Shown in pieces: positions 9,715-18,759 of a stretch of DNA of 64,000 nt. This stretch comes from Geopsychrobacteraceae bacterium (GTDB lineage Bacteria; Desulfobacterota; Desulfuromonadia; Desulfuromonadales; Geopsychrobacteraceae), in the NCBI GenBank assembly GCA_963676795.2, contig CAXXTB010000002.1, positions 416,001-480,000 on the forward strand, given 5' to 3'. The first letter of the stretch is position 1; every line of letters begins with the position of its first letter. The translations under genes were made by a program, and so were the position numbers. The notes under the pieces are model-generated. The model was not told the DNA's origin and searched no databases. It saw only the letters and a program-made list of their open reading frames with translations.

Positions 9715-10698
9715 TTACTGAAAGAGAACCCTCAGTGCTAGATGGAAATTGACGTCGGGAGCCGAATCAACATAGATGTCTTCGCTGACGGCGAGATCAA
9801 GGCTGGACTTGTCGCTGATATCGAGTGAGCCGCCGATAATCAGCTGCACCGACTCTCCGAGTTCGCGGAGGGTACTGTTGTGGTAGAAGGCCGTGTGGCC
9901 ATCGAATTGAGCTTTGAGTGCCAGCTGGCGGTAGGCCTGCCAGCTGGCGCCCAGGGTTCCGAAGGCAACGGCCCGGTTCTGTTGCTTGGTCAGGACGTCT
10001 CCTTCGCTCATCAGCAGCCCGCCGAGGGCTGCGAACCCCGTGAGGTTGTGCCCGGATGTCGAATGTGAACCACTGAACCAGATCGCCAGGTCGCTGCCGC
10101 CGCTGCCGGTCAGCTTTTCCGCTTCACCCGTCGGGAGTTTCAGGCTGGCGCGCAGTGTAAGGGCGGTGGTCTCAGTGCCTTCGAGCTGCCAGCCACCGGT
10201 CAGGCTGACATCGCCGAACCCCGCTTCTCTTTGGTGCAGATCGATCCGGGTTGTTGTCTTGGTGTAATGGTAGTTCAGCTGATCGCGTTCGAGGCTGTTT
10301 CTTTCCCCTTCCGGAAATCCAAAGCTTTCATGCCAGTTGTCGATGAGCCTGTCGAGGAATCCTCCGCTATGGCTGATATAGGGCAGTTCCATGCCGATTT
10401 CAAGATTGTGACCGATGCCGTGCTTCAGCCTGAGGCGGCTGCGGTATGTCTCGCCGTCGAGGAGAATGCCCTCATCCTTCGCCGAACTGATGCTGCATGA
10501 ATTTGCAATATCGCTGCGCAGCTGAACTTCTGTTGCCTGTGCGGGGAGAACCTCGGAAGAGTCTGCTGCCGGCAGACCGTAGATCGTGACCAGAGGGTTC
10601 TGGTTGGTGGTGGCAAAGGGGGTCGGGCGGGCCGCCAGGGCATGAGATGGCAGGCCGAAAATGATCAGAACTGCAGTAAGAAATGTTTTGCTCTTCAT
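9715..10698 (-). CDS. DUF3187-like secreted/outer-membrane beta-barrel protein
   Basis: Signal peptide; NQNP..YGLP, LDGET, GGFLDRLIDNWHESFGFP, SEDI..DSAPDV motifs. Confidence 0.7.
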   Translation of the reverse strand: MKSKTFLTAVLIIFGLPSHALAARPTPFATTNQNPLVTIYGLPAADSSEVLPAQATEVQLRSDIANSCSISSAKDEGILLDGETYRSRLRLKHGIGHNLEIGMELPYISHSGGFLDRLIDNWHESFGFPEGERNSLERDQLNYHYTKTTTRIDLHQREAGFGDVSLTGGWQLEGTETTALTLRASLKLPTGEAEKLTGSGGSDLAIWFSGSHSTSGHNLTGFAALGGLLMSEGDVLTKQQNRAVAFGTLGASWQAYRQLALKAQFDGHTAFYHNSTLRELGESVQLIIGGSLDISDKSSLDLAVSEDIYVDSAPDVNFHLALRVLFQ

Positions 10699-10746
10699 AA
10701 TTCCGCCAGTCTGCATTGATGAAATGCATGATGGGCTGAGAAAATA

Positions 10747-10760
10747 ATGACAAATGTCAT
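10747..10760. promoter_or_regulatory. Palindrome ATGACAAATGTCAT, candidate binding site of the adjacent sigma54 activator
   Basis: Perfect 6-bp arms, located between divergent genes; same motif occurs twice at 12386-12419. Confidence 0.55.
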
Positions 10761-10861
10761 AATTCGACTTGCAAGGATAGCACGAATGCGTGTTATCTAT
10801 GGAGGGTTTTCGGGGCGTGCCTGTTCGTGTTGCCACGCTGATTTTGAAGGTTGGAACGAAT

Positions 10862-12364
10862 ATGAAGAGATCTGTAGATGTGATTGACGGGCTTTTGCGG
10901 CGGATAAGGGGCGAGGGACAGCCGGTTTCCGCCGATCAGGCGGAAGCTCTGGATGAGTTGCGCCAGTGTCTGAGCGATGTCCGAAACAAGACGATCGAGT
11001 TTGAGGAGATCGCCAACCATCTCTATGACGGGCTCTATGTCGCGGATGGTGAGGGCAATACCCTGTTCATAAACAACGCATACACGCGCATAACCGGCAT
11101 CACGCCGGAGATGGTGCTGGGGCGTAGCGTCAATGATATCGTCAATGATTATATTTACAAGAATGCTGTCACCTCCGAAGTGATCAAGCAGAAAAAGACG
11201 GTCAGTTCGATCGGCGAGAGCCTGCTCAACAAGAAGAAGATGCTGATCACCGGGTCGCCGATCCTCGATGAAAGCGGCAATGTCAAAAAGGTCGTTATCA
11301 ATAACCGGGCATTGACTGATCTGGATGAGCTCAAGACTCAGCTGGAAAAAGCCAGGAATAAGCTGAAGACCTCCCAGGAGGAGAATCAGGCCAAGAATTT
11401 TGAGCTGCAGCACCTGCGCAAAAGCCAGATCGACAGCAGTTCCTTTGTCGGCGAGTGCCTGGCGCTACAGAACATCAAGACCCTGGTTGAGCAGGTGGCG
11501 CCGACCGACGCTTCGGTCCTGATTACCGGGGAGACCGGTACGGGCAAGGAGGTTGTGGCTAACGAAATCGTCAAGAACAGCCAGCGTAGCGATAAGCCCT
11601 TCATCAAGATCAACTGCAGCGCTATCCCGGAAACGTTGCTGGAGAGCGAACTGTTCGGTTATGAAAAGGGGGCCTTTACCGGCGCGAACAAGGATGGCCA
11701 CCATGGGCTGTTTGAAATCGCCAACGGCGGCACGCTGCTGCTCGACGAAATCGGCGACATGCCGCTCAAGCTTCAGAGTAAACTGCTGCGGGTTCTGCAG
11801 GGGAAGGAAGTGCAGCGTATCGGCGCTCACCGTTCTATCGCGGTGGATGTCAGAATCATTTCCTCGACCAACAAGGATCTCCGCCAGGAGATCAACGAGG
11901 GGCGCTTCAGGGAGGACCTCTTTTACCGGATAAATGTCCTGCCGATCAATATGCCGCCACTGTCTGAACGCGGCGATGATCTGCTCCTCTTCAAGGATTA
12001 TTTCCTTGACAAATATAACAAAAAGTATTCAAAGGATCTGGCGCTCGACAGCAAGACAATCCGGGTTCTGCGGGGCTATGACTGGCCCGGAAATATCCGT
12101 GAGTTTGAAAATATCATTGAGCGGTTGGTGATTATCGCCCAGAATTCCCGGGACGCATTCGGGATCGTTGAAGCGATGTTGCAGGTAGATGATTCCTATG
12201 CTACAAATATGGGGAAGTCATACCGTGAGATAGTTCTAGACTTTGAGAGACAGCTCATAAAAAAAGCGCTGGAAAAGTACCGGACCACCACTGAAGCCGC
12301 CAAACACCTCAAGCTTGACCAGTCAACGATCGTGAAAAAGAAAAAGCGCCTGGGGATAAAATAG
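10862..12364 (+). CDS. Sigma54-dependent transcriptional activator (PAS-AAA+-HTH)
   Basis: PAS domain, GETGTGKE, ESELFGYEKGAFTGA, LDEIG, FREDLFYR, WPGNIRE, C-terminal HTH. Confidence 0.95.
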   Translation: MKRSVDVIDGLLRRIRGEGQPVSADQAEALDELRQCLSDVRNKTIEFEEIANHLYDGLYVADGEGNTLFINNAYTRITGITPEMVLGRSVNDIVNDYIYKNAVTSEVIKQKKTVSSIGESLLNKKKMLITGSPILDESGNVKKVVINNRALTDLDELKTQLEKARNKLKTSQEENQAKNFELQHLRKSQIDSSSFVGECLALQNIKTLVEQVAPTDASVLITGETGTGKEVVANEIVKNSQRSDKPFIKINCSAIPETLLESELFGYEKGAFTGANKDGHHGLFEIANGGTLLLDEIGDMPLKLQSKLLRVLQGKEVQRIGAHRSIAVDVRIISSTNKDLRQEINEGRFREDLFYRINVLPINMPPLSERGDDLLLFKDYFLDKYNKKYSKDLALDSKTIRVLRGYDWPGNIREFENIIERLVIIAQNSRDAFGIVEAMLQVDDSYATNMGKSYREIVLDFERQLIKKALEKYRTTTEAAKHLKLDQSTIVKKKKRLGIK

Positions 12365-12385
12365 AAGCTGATGTATGACAGATTT

Positions 12386-12419
12386 ATGAAAATCGTCATT
12401 TTTTTATGACATTTTTCAT
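12386..12419. promoter_or_regulatory. Tandem upstream activator sequences ATGA(A/C)-N4-(G/T)TCAT
   Basis: atgaaaatcgtcat (12386-12399) and atgacatttttcat (12406-12419), starts 20 bp apart, about 80-110 bp upstream of a -24/-12 promoter. Confidence 0.65.
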
Positions 12420-12494
12420 AGGATGGCCTGTAAATAAATGTTCACTTAGAGGCAGCCTCAAGTGTTTTCAGGGGGTTGTCTTCTATGTTGTGCT

Positions 12495-12510
12495 TGGTAC
12501 GGCTATTGCT
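12495..12510 (+). promoter_or_regulatory. Sigma54 (-24/-12) promoter
   Basis: TGGTACGGCTATTGCT, exact GG-N10-GC spacing, about 40 bp before the BKACE start, next to a GAFTGA activator gene. Confidence 0.85.
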
Positions 12511-12551
12511 ATATAGCCCGGAATACTCATAACTACATGGAGGTTAAAAAC

Positions 12552-13382
12552 ATGGCAAAAACTATCATTACTGTCGCTGTGACTGGTGCTTGGCCAAAGA
12601 AGAAAGACAACCCGAACGTTCCGATGACTCCTTCCGAGATCGCCGACGACGTTTACGCATGCTGGAAAGCAGGCGCTGCGGTTGCTCACCTGCACATGCG
12701 TGATGATGAAGGTAATGGTACCATGAGCGCTGACAAGTTCCGCGAAACTCAGCAGCTCATCAAGTCAAGATACCCTGATTGTGACGTTATCCTCAACTAC
12801 ACCACCTCCGGCGATCTGAACGCGACCGACGAAACCCGTATGGCTCACCTGATCGAGCTCAAGCCTGACATGGCTTCCTACGACTGCGGTACCATGAACT
12901 GGGGCCACAGCACCCTGTTCGTCAACCATCCAAAATTCCTGGAAAAATTGGGTGAAGTTCTGATTGAGAACAACATCAAGCCAGAAGTTGAGATCTTCGA
13001 CGCAGGGATGTTCTACAACTCCCGTTACTACGTCAAAAAGAACTTCCTGAAAGAGCCGGTTCACTACCAGTTCGTTCTCGGCGCTCCTGGCGGTTCCACT
13101 GCGACCGTTGAAAACCTGGTTTACCTGAAGAGCCTGCTGCCGGAAAACTGCACCTGGTCCGCTTTCGGTATCGGCCGTGGTCACCTGCCAATCATGTACG
13201 CTACCCTGGCCCTCGGCGGTCACCTGCGCGTCGGTCTGGAAGACAACGTCATGTACGACAAGGACACTCTGGCTACCGGTAACGTTCAGCTGATCGAGCG
13301 TGCTGTTCGTGCTGCCCGCGAATTCGGTAACGAAATCGCAACCGCAGCTGAAGCTCGCGAAATGCTGAGCATTAAGAAATAA
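12552..13382 (+). CDS. Beta-keto acid cleavage enzyme (BKACE, Kce/DUF849 family)
   Basis: ITVAVTGA, NPNVPMTPSEIA, AGAAVAHLHMRD (HxH), GGHLRVGLEDN; RBS ggagg. Confidence 0.92.
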   Translation: MAKTIITVAVTGAWPKKKDNPNVPMTPSEIADDVYACWKAGAAVAHLHMRDDEGNGTMSADKFRETQQLIKSRYPDCDVILNYTTSGDLNATDETRMAHLIELKPDMASYDCGTMNWGHSTLFVNHPKFLEKLGEVLIENNIKPEVEIFDAGMFYNSRYYVKKNFLKEPVHYQFVLGAPGGSTATVENLVYLKSLLPENCTWSAFGIGRGHLPIMYATLALGGHLRVGLEDNVMYDKDTLATGNVQLIERAVRAAREFGNEIATAAEAREMLSIKK

Positions 13383-13400
13383 GGAAAGGCGAATCTACCC

Positions 13401-14360
13401 ATGATTAAGAATATCGCCGTTATTGGTGGCGGAACCATGGGGCATTCGATTGCCCTGAACTTCGCGATCTACGAGTACCCGGTTCAGCTCTGGGTTACCC
13501 GTCAGAAGTACATCGATGAGCTGCCAGGCATCATGGCTGGCCGTCTTGGTGTCCTTGCTGATGAAAACATGCTCAATGGCCAGACTGTTGAGCAGGTTCT
13601 CGAGCGTATCACTATCACCATGGACAAAAAAGCTGCAACCATCGATGCTGACTACATCATCGAAGCGGTTCCTGAAGATGCAGCGATCAAGGCTGACCTG
13701 TTTGAAGAGCTGGACGGCTGGTGTAAAGAGACCTGTATCTTTGCCACCAACACCTCTTCGCTGACCCTGGCTGATTGCATGGCCAAGCTGCCGGAATCCC
13801 GCAAGCAGCGCACCCTGGTTTGCCACTGGTACAACCCACCACTGCTGATGCCGATTGCCGAGCTGTCCAACTTCGGCAACATGCCAGCCGAGATCCTGGC
13901 TGAAGTTGAAGAGTTGTACAACTCCATCAACAAGGTTGTCGTCAAGGTTGACAAGGAAGTTCCTGGTCTGGTTGCCAACCGTATCCAGCAGGCCGTTGCC
14001 CGTGAGGTCTTCTGGCTGATGGCTAACGAAGTTGCTTCCCCGGCAGACATCGACAAGGGTCTGATGTATGGTCCGGCTTTCCGTTACGCAACGACCGGCC
14101 AGCTGCAGGTTGCAGACTTCGGCGGTCTCGACATCTGGTGTGTTGTCGGTGACAACCTGCTGTCCGTTATGGACAACTCGCAGAAAGCCAATGACATCCT
14201 GCGTAACAAGGTTCAAGCTGGCGAACTGGGCTTCAAGTCCGGCAAAGGCTTCTTTGATTACAGCACTGTCAACGGTGAGGAGCTGCAGAAGGACTACCTT
14301 AAGCGTCTGATCAACCAGCTTAAAGCCAGCGAGTTTTACAAGAAGCAGTTCGAAAAATAA
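13401..14360 (+). CDS. 3-hydroxyacyl-CoA dehydrogenase-family protein (carnitine/L-gulonate dehydrogenase-like)
   Basis: GGGTMG, IEAVPE, ATNTSSL, HWYNPP, PGLVANRIQ, GPAFRY, GELGFKSGKGFFDY. Confidence 0.88.
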   Translation: MIKNIAVIGGGTMGHSIALNFAIYEYPVQLWVTRQKYIDELPGIMAGRLGVLADENMLNGQTVEQVLERITITMDKKAATIDADYIIEAVPEDAAIKADLFEELDGWCKETCIFATNTSSLTLADCMAKLPESRKQRTLVCHWYNPPLLMPIAELSNFGNMPAEILAEVEELYNSINKVVVKVDKEVPGLVANRIQQAVAREVFWLMANEVASPADIDKGLMYGPAFRYATTGQLQVADFGGLDIWCVVGDNLLSVMDNSQKANDILRNKVQAGELGFKSGKGFFDYSTVNGEELQKDYLKRLINQLKASEFYKKQFEK

Positions 14361-14575
14361 GCAACACCCCGTCGCCGCAGAGAGTATGAAAAACTTCATA
14401 CCCTCTGCGGTGATTCTTTAGAGGTTGAATAAATTCTCGAAATACCTGATGGAAGCACTCTCTCCCTCCCTGGCTTGTCAGGGGGGGAGAATTGTGTGTT
14501 CCTTCAACTACGGCTTGGTAAATATTTATACAAGTCGCACGTAATATCTTTCCTACAATTTTTAAGGAGTTAGTC

Positions 14576-15757
14576 ATGGAAGAAGTTTACATTGTTGGCG
14601 CTGCCCGTACCCCACTCGGAAGTTTCGGCGGTACCCTCAAAGATACCCCTGCGGTTGATCTCGGCGCTATTGCTATCGAAGCTGCTCTGGAGCGTGCCGG
14701 CGTTGCCAAGGAAGATGTCGATGAAGTCATGTTCGGTTGCGTTCTGCAGGGTGGCCAGGGCCAGAACGTCGCTCGTCAGGTTCTGATCAAGGCCGGTATC
14801 CCTCAGGAAAAACCAGCTCATACTGTAAACATCGTCTGTGGTTCCGGTCTGCGTACTGTTGGTTCCGCTGCACAAGCTATTAAGGCCGGTGATGCTGACA
14901 TCGTTGTTGCCGGTGGTACCGAGAACATGAGCCTCGCTGCTTACGCTCTGCCTAAGGCAAGAACCGGTTACCGCATGGGTAACGGCGAGCTGGTTGACAT
15001 GATGGTCAACGATGGTCTGTGGGATGCGTTCAACAACTTCCACATGGGGATCACCGCTGAAAACCTGGCTGAAAAATACAACCTGAGCCGTGAAGAGCAG
15101 GACGCATTTGCTGCTCAGAGCCAGAACCGCGCCGAAGCTGCGATCACTTCCGGCCGCTTCAAGGATGAGATCGTTCCTGTTGTCATTCCTCAGCGTAAAG
15201 GCGACCCAGTCGTTTTCGATACCGACGAATTCCCTAAATTCGGTGCAACTGCTGCCGGTCTTGCTAAGCTGCGTCCAGCTTTCAAGAAGGACGGTACCGT
15301 TACCGCCGGTAACGCTTCCGGTGTTAACGACGGTGCTGCCGCCATCATCGTTGCCAGCGCCAAAGCTGTCAAAGAAAAAGGCCTGAAGCCAATGGCCAAG
15401 ATCGTTTCCTTCTCCGTTTACGGTTGCGATCCTAAGATCATGGGTATCGGTCCTGTTGAATCGACCCGCGAAGCTCTGAAAAAAGCTGGCTGGACCGTTG
15501 CTGACCTCGACCTGATCGAAGCCAACGAAGCTTTCGCTTCCCAGGCTCTGTCGGTTATGAAGGAACTGGAACTGAACCCAGAGATCACCAACGTTAACGG
15601 TGGTGCTATCGCTATCGGTCACCCGATCGGTTCTTCCGGTGCCCGTGTTCTGACCACTCTGCTCTTCGAAATGGAAAAACGCGACGCTAAAAAAGGTCTG
15701 GCAACTCTGTGTATCGGCGGTGGTATGGGTATCGCTATGTGTGTTGAGCGCGCCTAA
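14576..15757 (+). CDS. atoB: Acetyl-CoA C-acetyltransferase (thiolase)
   Basis: [38 protein letters not shown]. Confidence 0.95.
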   Translation: MEEVYIVGAARTPLGSFGGTLKDTPAVDLGAIAIEAALERAGVAKEDVDEVMFGCVLQGGQGQNVARQVLIKAGIPQEKPAHTVNIVCGSGLRTVGSAAQAIKAGDADIVVAGGTENMSLAAYALPKARTGYRMGNGELVDMMVNDGLWDAFNNFHMGITAENLAEKYNLSREEQDAFAAQSQNRAEAAITSGRFKDEIVPVVIPQRKGDPVVFDTDEFPKFGATAAGLAKLRPAFKKDGTVTAGNASGVNDGAAAIIVASAKAVKEKGLKPMAKIVSFSVYGCDPKIMGIGPVESTREALKKAGWTVADLDLIEANEAFASQALSVMKELELNPEITNVNGGAIAIGHPIGSSGARVLTTLLFEMEKRDAKKGLATLCIGGGMGIAMCVERA

Positions 15758-15797
15758 GTTCTTTTTGTCGATAACTCCATTTTTAGAGGGTTGAACT

Positions 15798-16496
15798 ATG
15801 AACAAGGAAGTTAGCCTCAAAGAGGCTATGTCCCACATTAAAAGTGGGCAGACCGTCATGGTGAACGGTTTTCTGGGTGTCAAAAGCCCTGAGACCGTTA
15901 TCGATGCCATGGTCAAGCAGGAGATTGGCGATCTGACCCTGATTGCCACCGATACCGCAATGCCGGGTAAAGGTGCCAGTAAGCTGATCGCCAAAAGACT
16001 GGTCAAGAAGCTCTACGCTTCCCACATCGGCACCAACCCTGAAACCGGCCGTCAGATGAACTCCGATGAACTGGACGTTGAACTGGTTCCTCAGGGCACT
16101 CTGGCTGAGCGTATCCGCTGCGGCGGTTCCGGTATCGGTGGTTTCCTGACCCCGACCGGTGCTGGTACTCTGGTCGAAGAAGGTAAGCAGAAGCTGACCA
16201 TCGACGGCAAGGACTACATCCTCGAACTGCCTCTGCATGCGGATGTTGCCGTTATCAGAGGGTCGGTTGTCGACCGTATGGGTAACGTCTACTACCGTGG
16301 TACGACCAAGAACTTCAGTATCGTTATGGCAATGGCCGCTGATTACGTTATCGTCGAAGCTGACCTGATCGTCGAGGTTGGTGAACTTGGCCCGGATATG
16401 ATCATGACCCCGGGTGTGTTCGTCGATGCGATCATCCAGACCGAAGAGGCATACCAGGGTGATGCTGAGAAGTTGAAGGAGAGTATTCATGGCTGA
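15798..16496 (+). CDS. atoD: Acetoacetate/3-oxoacid CoA-transferase alpha subunit
   Basis: SHIGTNPE, PQGTLAERIRCGGSGIGGFLTPTG. Confidence 0.9.
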   Translation: MNKEVSLKEAMSHIKSGQTVMVNGFLGVKSPETVIDAMVKQEIGDLTLIATDTAMPGKGASKLIAKRLVKKLYASHIGTNPETGRQMNSDELDVELVPQGTLAERIRCGGSGIGGFLTPTGAGTLVEEGKQKLTIDGKDYILELPLHADVAVIRGSVVDRMGNVYYRGTTKNFSIVMAMAADYVIVEADLIVEVGELGPDMIMTPGVFVDAIIQTEEAYQGDAEKLKESIHG

Positions 16497-17136
16497 GTTG
16501 AGTGATAAGGACCTTATTGCCAAGCGTGCCGCCCAGGAGCTCAAAGACGGCGATGTCGTCAATCTGGGTATCGGTCTGCCGACCCTGGTCTCCAACTTTG
16601 TACCGGAAGGAATCCATATTACCCTGCATGCCGAGAACGGCATCCTGGGGATGGGCCCTTCGAGCAAGGAAGGTACCGAGGACAGCGACATTATCAACGC
16701 CGGTGGTTCCCACGTTGATATCCTGCCGGGAGCAAGCTTTTTCGACAGTGCGACCTCTTTCGCTATTATCCGTGGTGGTCACATCGACATCACTATCCTT
16801 GGAGCTCTGCAGGTTGACGCCAAGGGGAATATCGCCAGCCACATGGTTCCTGGAAAAATGGTTCCAGGTATGGGCGGTGCTATGGACCTGGTCGCCGGTG
16901 CCAAGAAGGTTATCGTTGCCATGCAGCACACCGCAAAAGGCAGCCACAAGATCATGAAAGAGTGCACCCTGCCGTTGACCGGCGTTGGTGTCGTCGACAT
17001 GATCATTACCGATATGGGCGTTATGGAAGTCACCGAAAATGGACTTCTGCTCAAAGAGATCAAGCCAGGTGTCAAGCTGGAAGACGTTATTGCCGCAACT
17101 GACGCTGAACTGCTGCTGCCGGACGATATGGTCTGA
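16489..17136 (+). CDS. atoA: Acetoacetate/3-oxoacid CoA-transferase beta subunit
   Basis: NLGIGLPT, catalytic AENG, GMGGAMDLV. Confidence 0.9.
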   Translation: MAELSDKDLIAKRAAQELKDGDVVNLGIGLPTLVSNFVPEGIHITLHAENGILGMGPSSKEGTEDSDIINAGGSHVDILPGASFFDSATSFAIIRGGHIDITILGALQVDAKGNIASHMVPGKMVPGMGGAMDLVAGAKKVIVAMQHTAKGSHKIMKECTLPLTGVGVVDMIITDMGVMEVTENGLLLKEIKPGVKLEDVIAATDAELLLPDDMV

Positions 17137-17158
17137 TAAGCAGGTTTTGGCTGATACT

Positions 17159-17195
17159 AAAAAGGTCCCCGGATTGCTCCGGGGACCTTTTTTTT
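17159..17195. terminator. Bidirectional rho-independent terminator
   Basis: aaaaaggtccccgga-ttgc-tccggggacctttttttt between convergent genes. Confidence 0.9.
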
Positions 17196-17240
17196 GTCTA
17201 ATTGTCCGGGTTGGGGAGAAATGCTTGTCTGCTGGCGCTG

Positions 17241-17693
17241 TCAATCATAGACGCGCATGATTTTGTCGCGCGCGATATAGCTGACCTTGTTTTCAGTCAG
17301 AAAGGGGAGGAATCTGTCGCCCTGGTTGAGGAAGTCCTTCACCCGGTTTCGTTCCGTCGGCAGGTTGACGTGGATGACGGCAGAAATTTCATCCTCAAGC
17401 AGGGTCTGTAGCCGGATCTCATGTCTGCAGCCCAAGGTTGAGAGCGTGTCAAATTCTTCTTCAGCGGCGACACAGACGGAAACAACCAGCATCAGGTTGA
17501 TCAGCTCTATTCCATCGGCCGCCCGGATCGCAAGAAAACTTTCACTGCCGTTGAGGACCTCGCCGACCCTTTCCGGACCGCTCAGATGCTCACTGTGCAG
17601 CTGAAGAAAAATATCACCATAGAGCTGTTTGCCGGTCAGCAGGGTGATTTTTGCCGAGCGGGTAGCCACATCGATTTTCTGGGTAGTGTCCAT
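17241..17693 (-). CDS. Hypothetical protein with two tandem DUF6812-like repeats
   Basis: Immediately downstream of pilT; internal repeat ERVGEVLNGSESFL / NRVKDFLNQGDRFL. Confidence 0.65.
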   Translation of the reverse strand: MDTTQKIDVATRSAKITLLTGKQLYGDIFLQLHSEHLSGPERVGEVLNGSESFLAIRAADGIELINLMLVVSVCVAAEEEFDTLSTLGCRHEIRLQTLLEDEISAVIHVNLPTERNRVKDFLNQGDRFLPFLTENKVSYIARDKIMRVYD

Positions 17694-17700
17694 AACATCC

Positions 17701-18759
17701 CTACTGACCGTTGGGCGCAGCAAATTGCGCCTTGTTGACCGCGAAACGACAGGCTTCTTCGCGGCTGACCCGCTGTTCGTCAACCAGTTGCTGCAGGGCC
17801 TGATCCATCAACTGCATTCCATCCTTGCGTCCAGTCTGAATGACCGAAGGCAGCTGGAAGGTTTTCCCCTCGCGAATGAGGTTGGCCGATGCCGCGTTGA
17901 CCTTGAGGATCTCCAGGGCAGCACAGCGCTTGCCATCGAGAGTGCGCAGCAACTGCTGGGCAACGACGCCGCGCAGCGACTCGGCCAGCATGGTCCGGAT
18001 TTGCTCCTGCTGGGTCGTTGGAAAGACATTGACCAGCCGGTCAACCGTTTTGGCCGCGCTGCTGGTATGCAGGGTGCCGAACACCAGGTGGCCGGTTTCG
18101 GCTGCCGTGACAGCGAGTTCTATGGTTTCCAGGTCGCGCATCTCGCCGACCAGGATGATATCCGGGTCTTCCCGCAGGGCGGCTTTGAGGGCCGAAGCGA
18201 AACTTTGGGTATGGACGCCGACCTCGCGCTGGTTGATCAGGCTTTGCTGGGTCCTGTGAACAAATTCGATCGGATCTTCTACTGTCAGGATATGTTCATT
18301 GCGGGTTCGGTTGATATGGTCGACCATGGCCGCCAGGGTCGTCGATTTTCCGCTGCCCGTCGGACCCGTGACCAGGACCAGGCCTTTCTTGTATTCGGTC
18401 AGATCGAGAACGGCTTTGGGCAGTCCGAGTTGCTCGACGGTAAGAATGGACGACGGAATGATGCGAAAGACGGCGCTGATGCCGAGTCGCCCCATGAATA
18501 TATTGGCCCGGAAGCGCGATTCGAGCTCCTTGACTTCATAAGCGAAGTCGAGATCAAGTCGTTCTTCGAATTCTGTCCGCTGTGCTTCGCTCATGATTTC
18601 ATAGAGCAGGGCTTTTTGCTGTTCGTGCGAAAGGGTCTGGTTAATAGCCGGTTTCAGTGAACCACTGGCCCTGATCATTGGCGGGTTGTCTGGGGACAGA
18701 TGTAAGTCAGAGCCGCCCTGTTGTTTCAGAATCTGAAAAAGCTTGTCTATTTTGGCCAT
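17701..18759 (-). CDS. pilT: Type IV pilus retraction ATPase PilT
   Basis: SDLHL, GPTGSGKSTT, TVEDPIEF, LREDPD, AAETGHLVFGTLHT, ANLIREGK. Confidence 0.93.
   Translation of the reverse strand: MAKIDKLFQILKQQGGSDLHLSPDNPPMIRASGSLKPAINQTLSHEQQKALLYEIMSEAQRTEFEERLDLDFAYEVKELESRFRANIFMGRLGISAVFRIIPSSILTVEQLGLPKAVLDLTEYKKGLVLVTGPTGSGKSTTLAAMVDHINRTRNEHILTVEDPIEFVHRTQQSLINQREVGVHTQSFASALKAALREDPDIILVGEMRDLETIELAVTAAETGHLVFGTLHTSSAAKTVDRLVNVFPTTQQEQIRTMLAESLRGVVAQQLLRTLDGKRCAALEILKVNAASANLIREGKTFQLPSVIQTGRKDGMQLMDQALQQLVDEQRVSREEACRFAVNKAQFAAPNGQ

Noticed and set aside
12552..13382. Calling the BKACE gene kce of lysine fermentation
   Set aside because: No kam/kdd/kal neighbours, and the amine-binding Glu position reads Trp
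13395..18660. Long antisense ORFs (13395-14399, 14570-16006, 15783-16697, 17629-18660) and similar ones elsewhere such as 36039-37415
   Set aside because: Shadow frames of well-supported genes, caused by codon bias; no motifs
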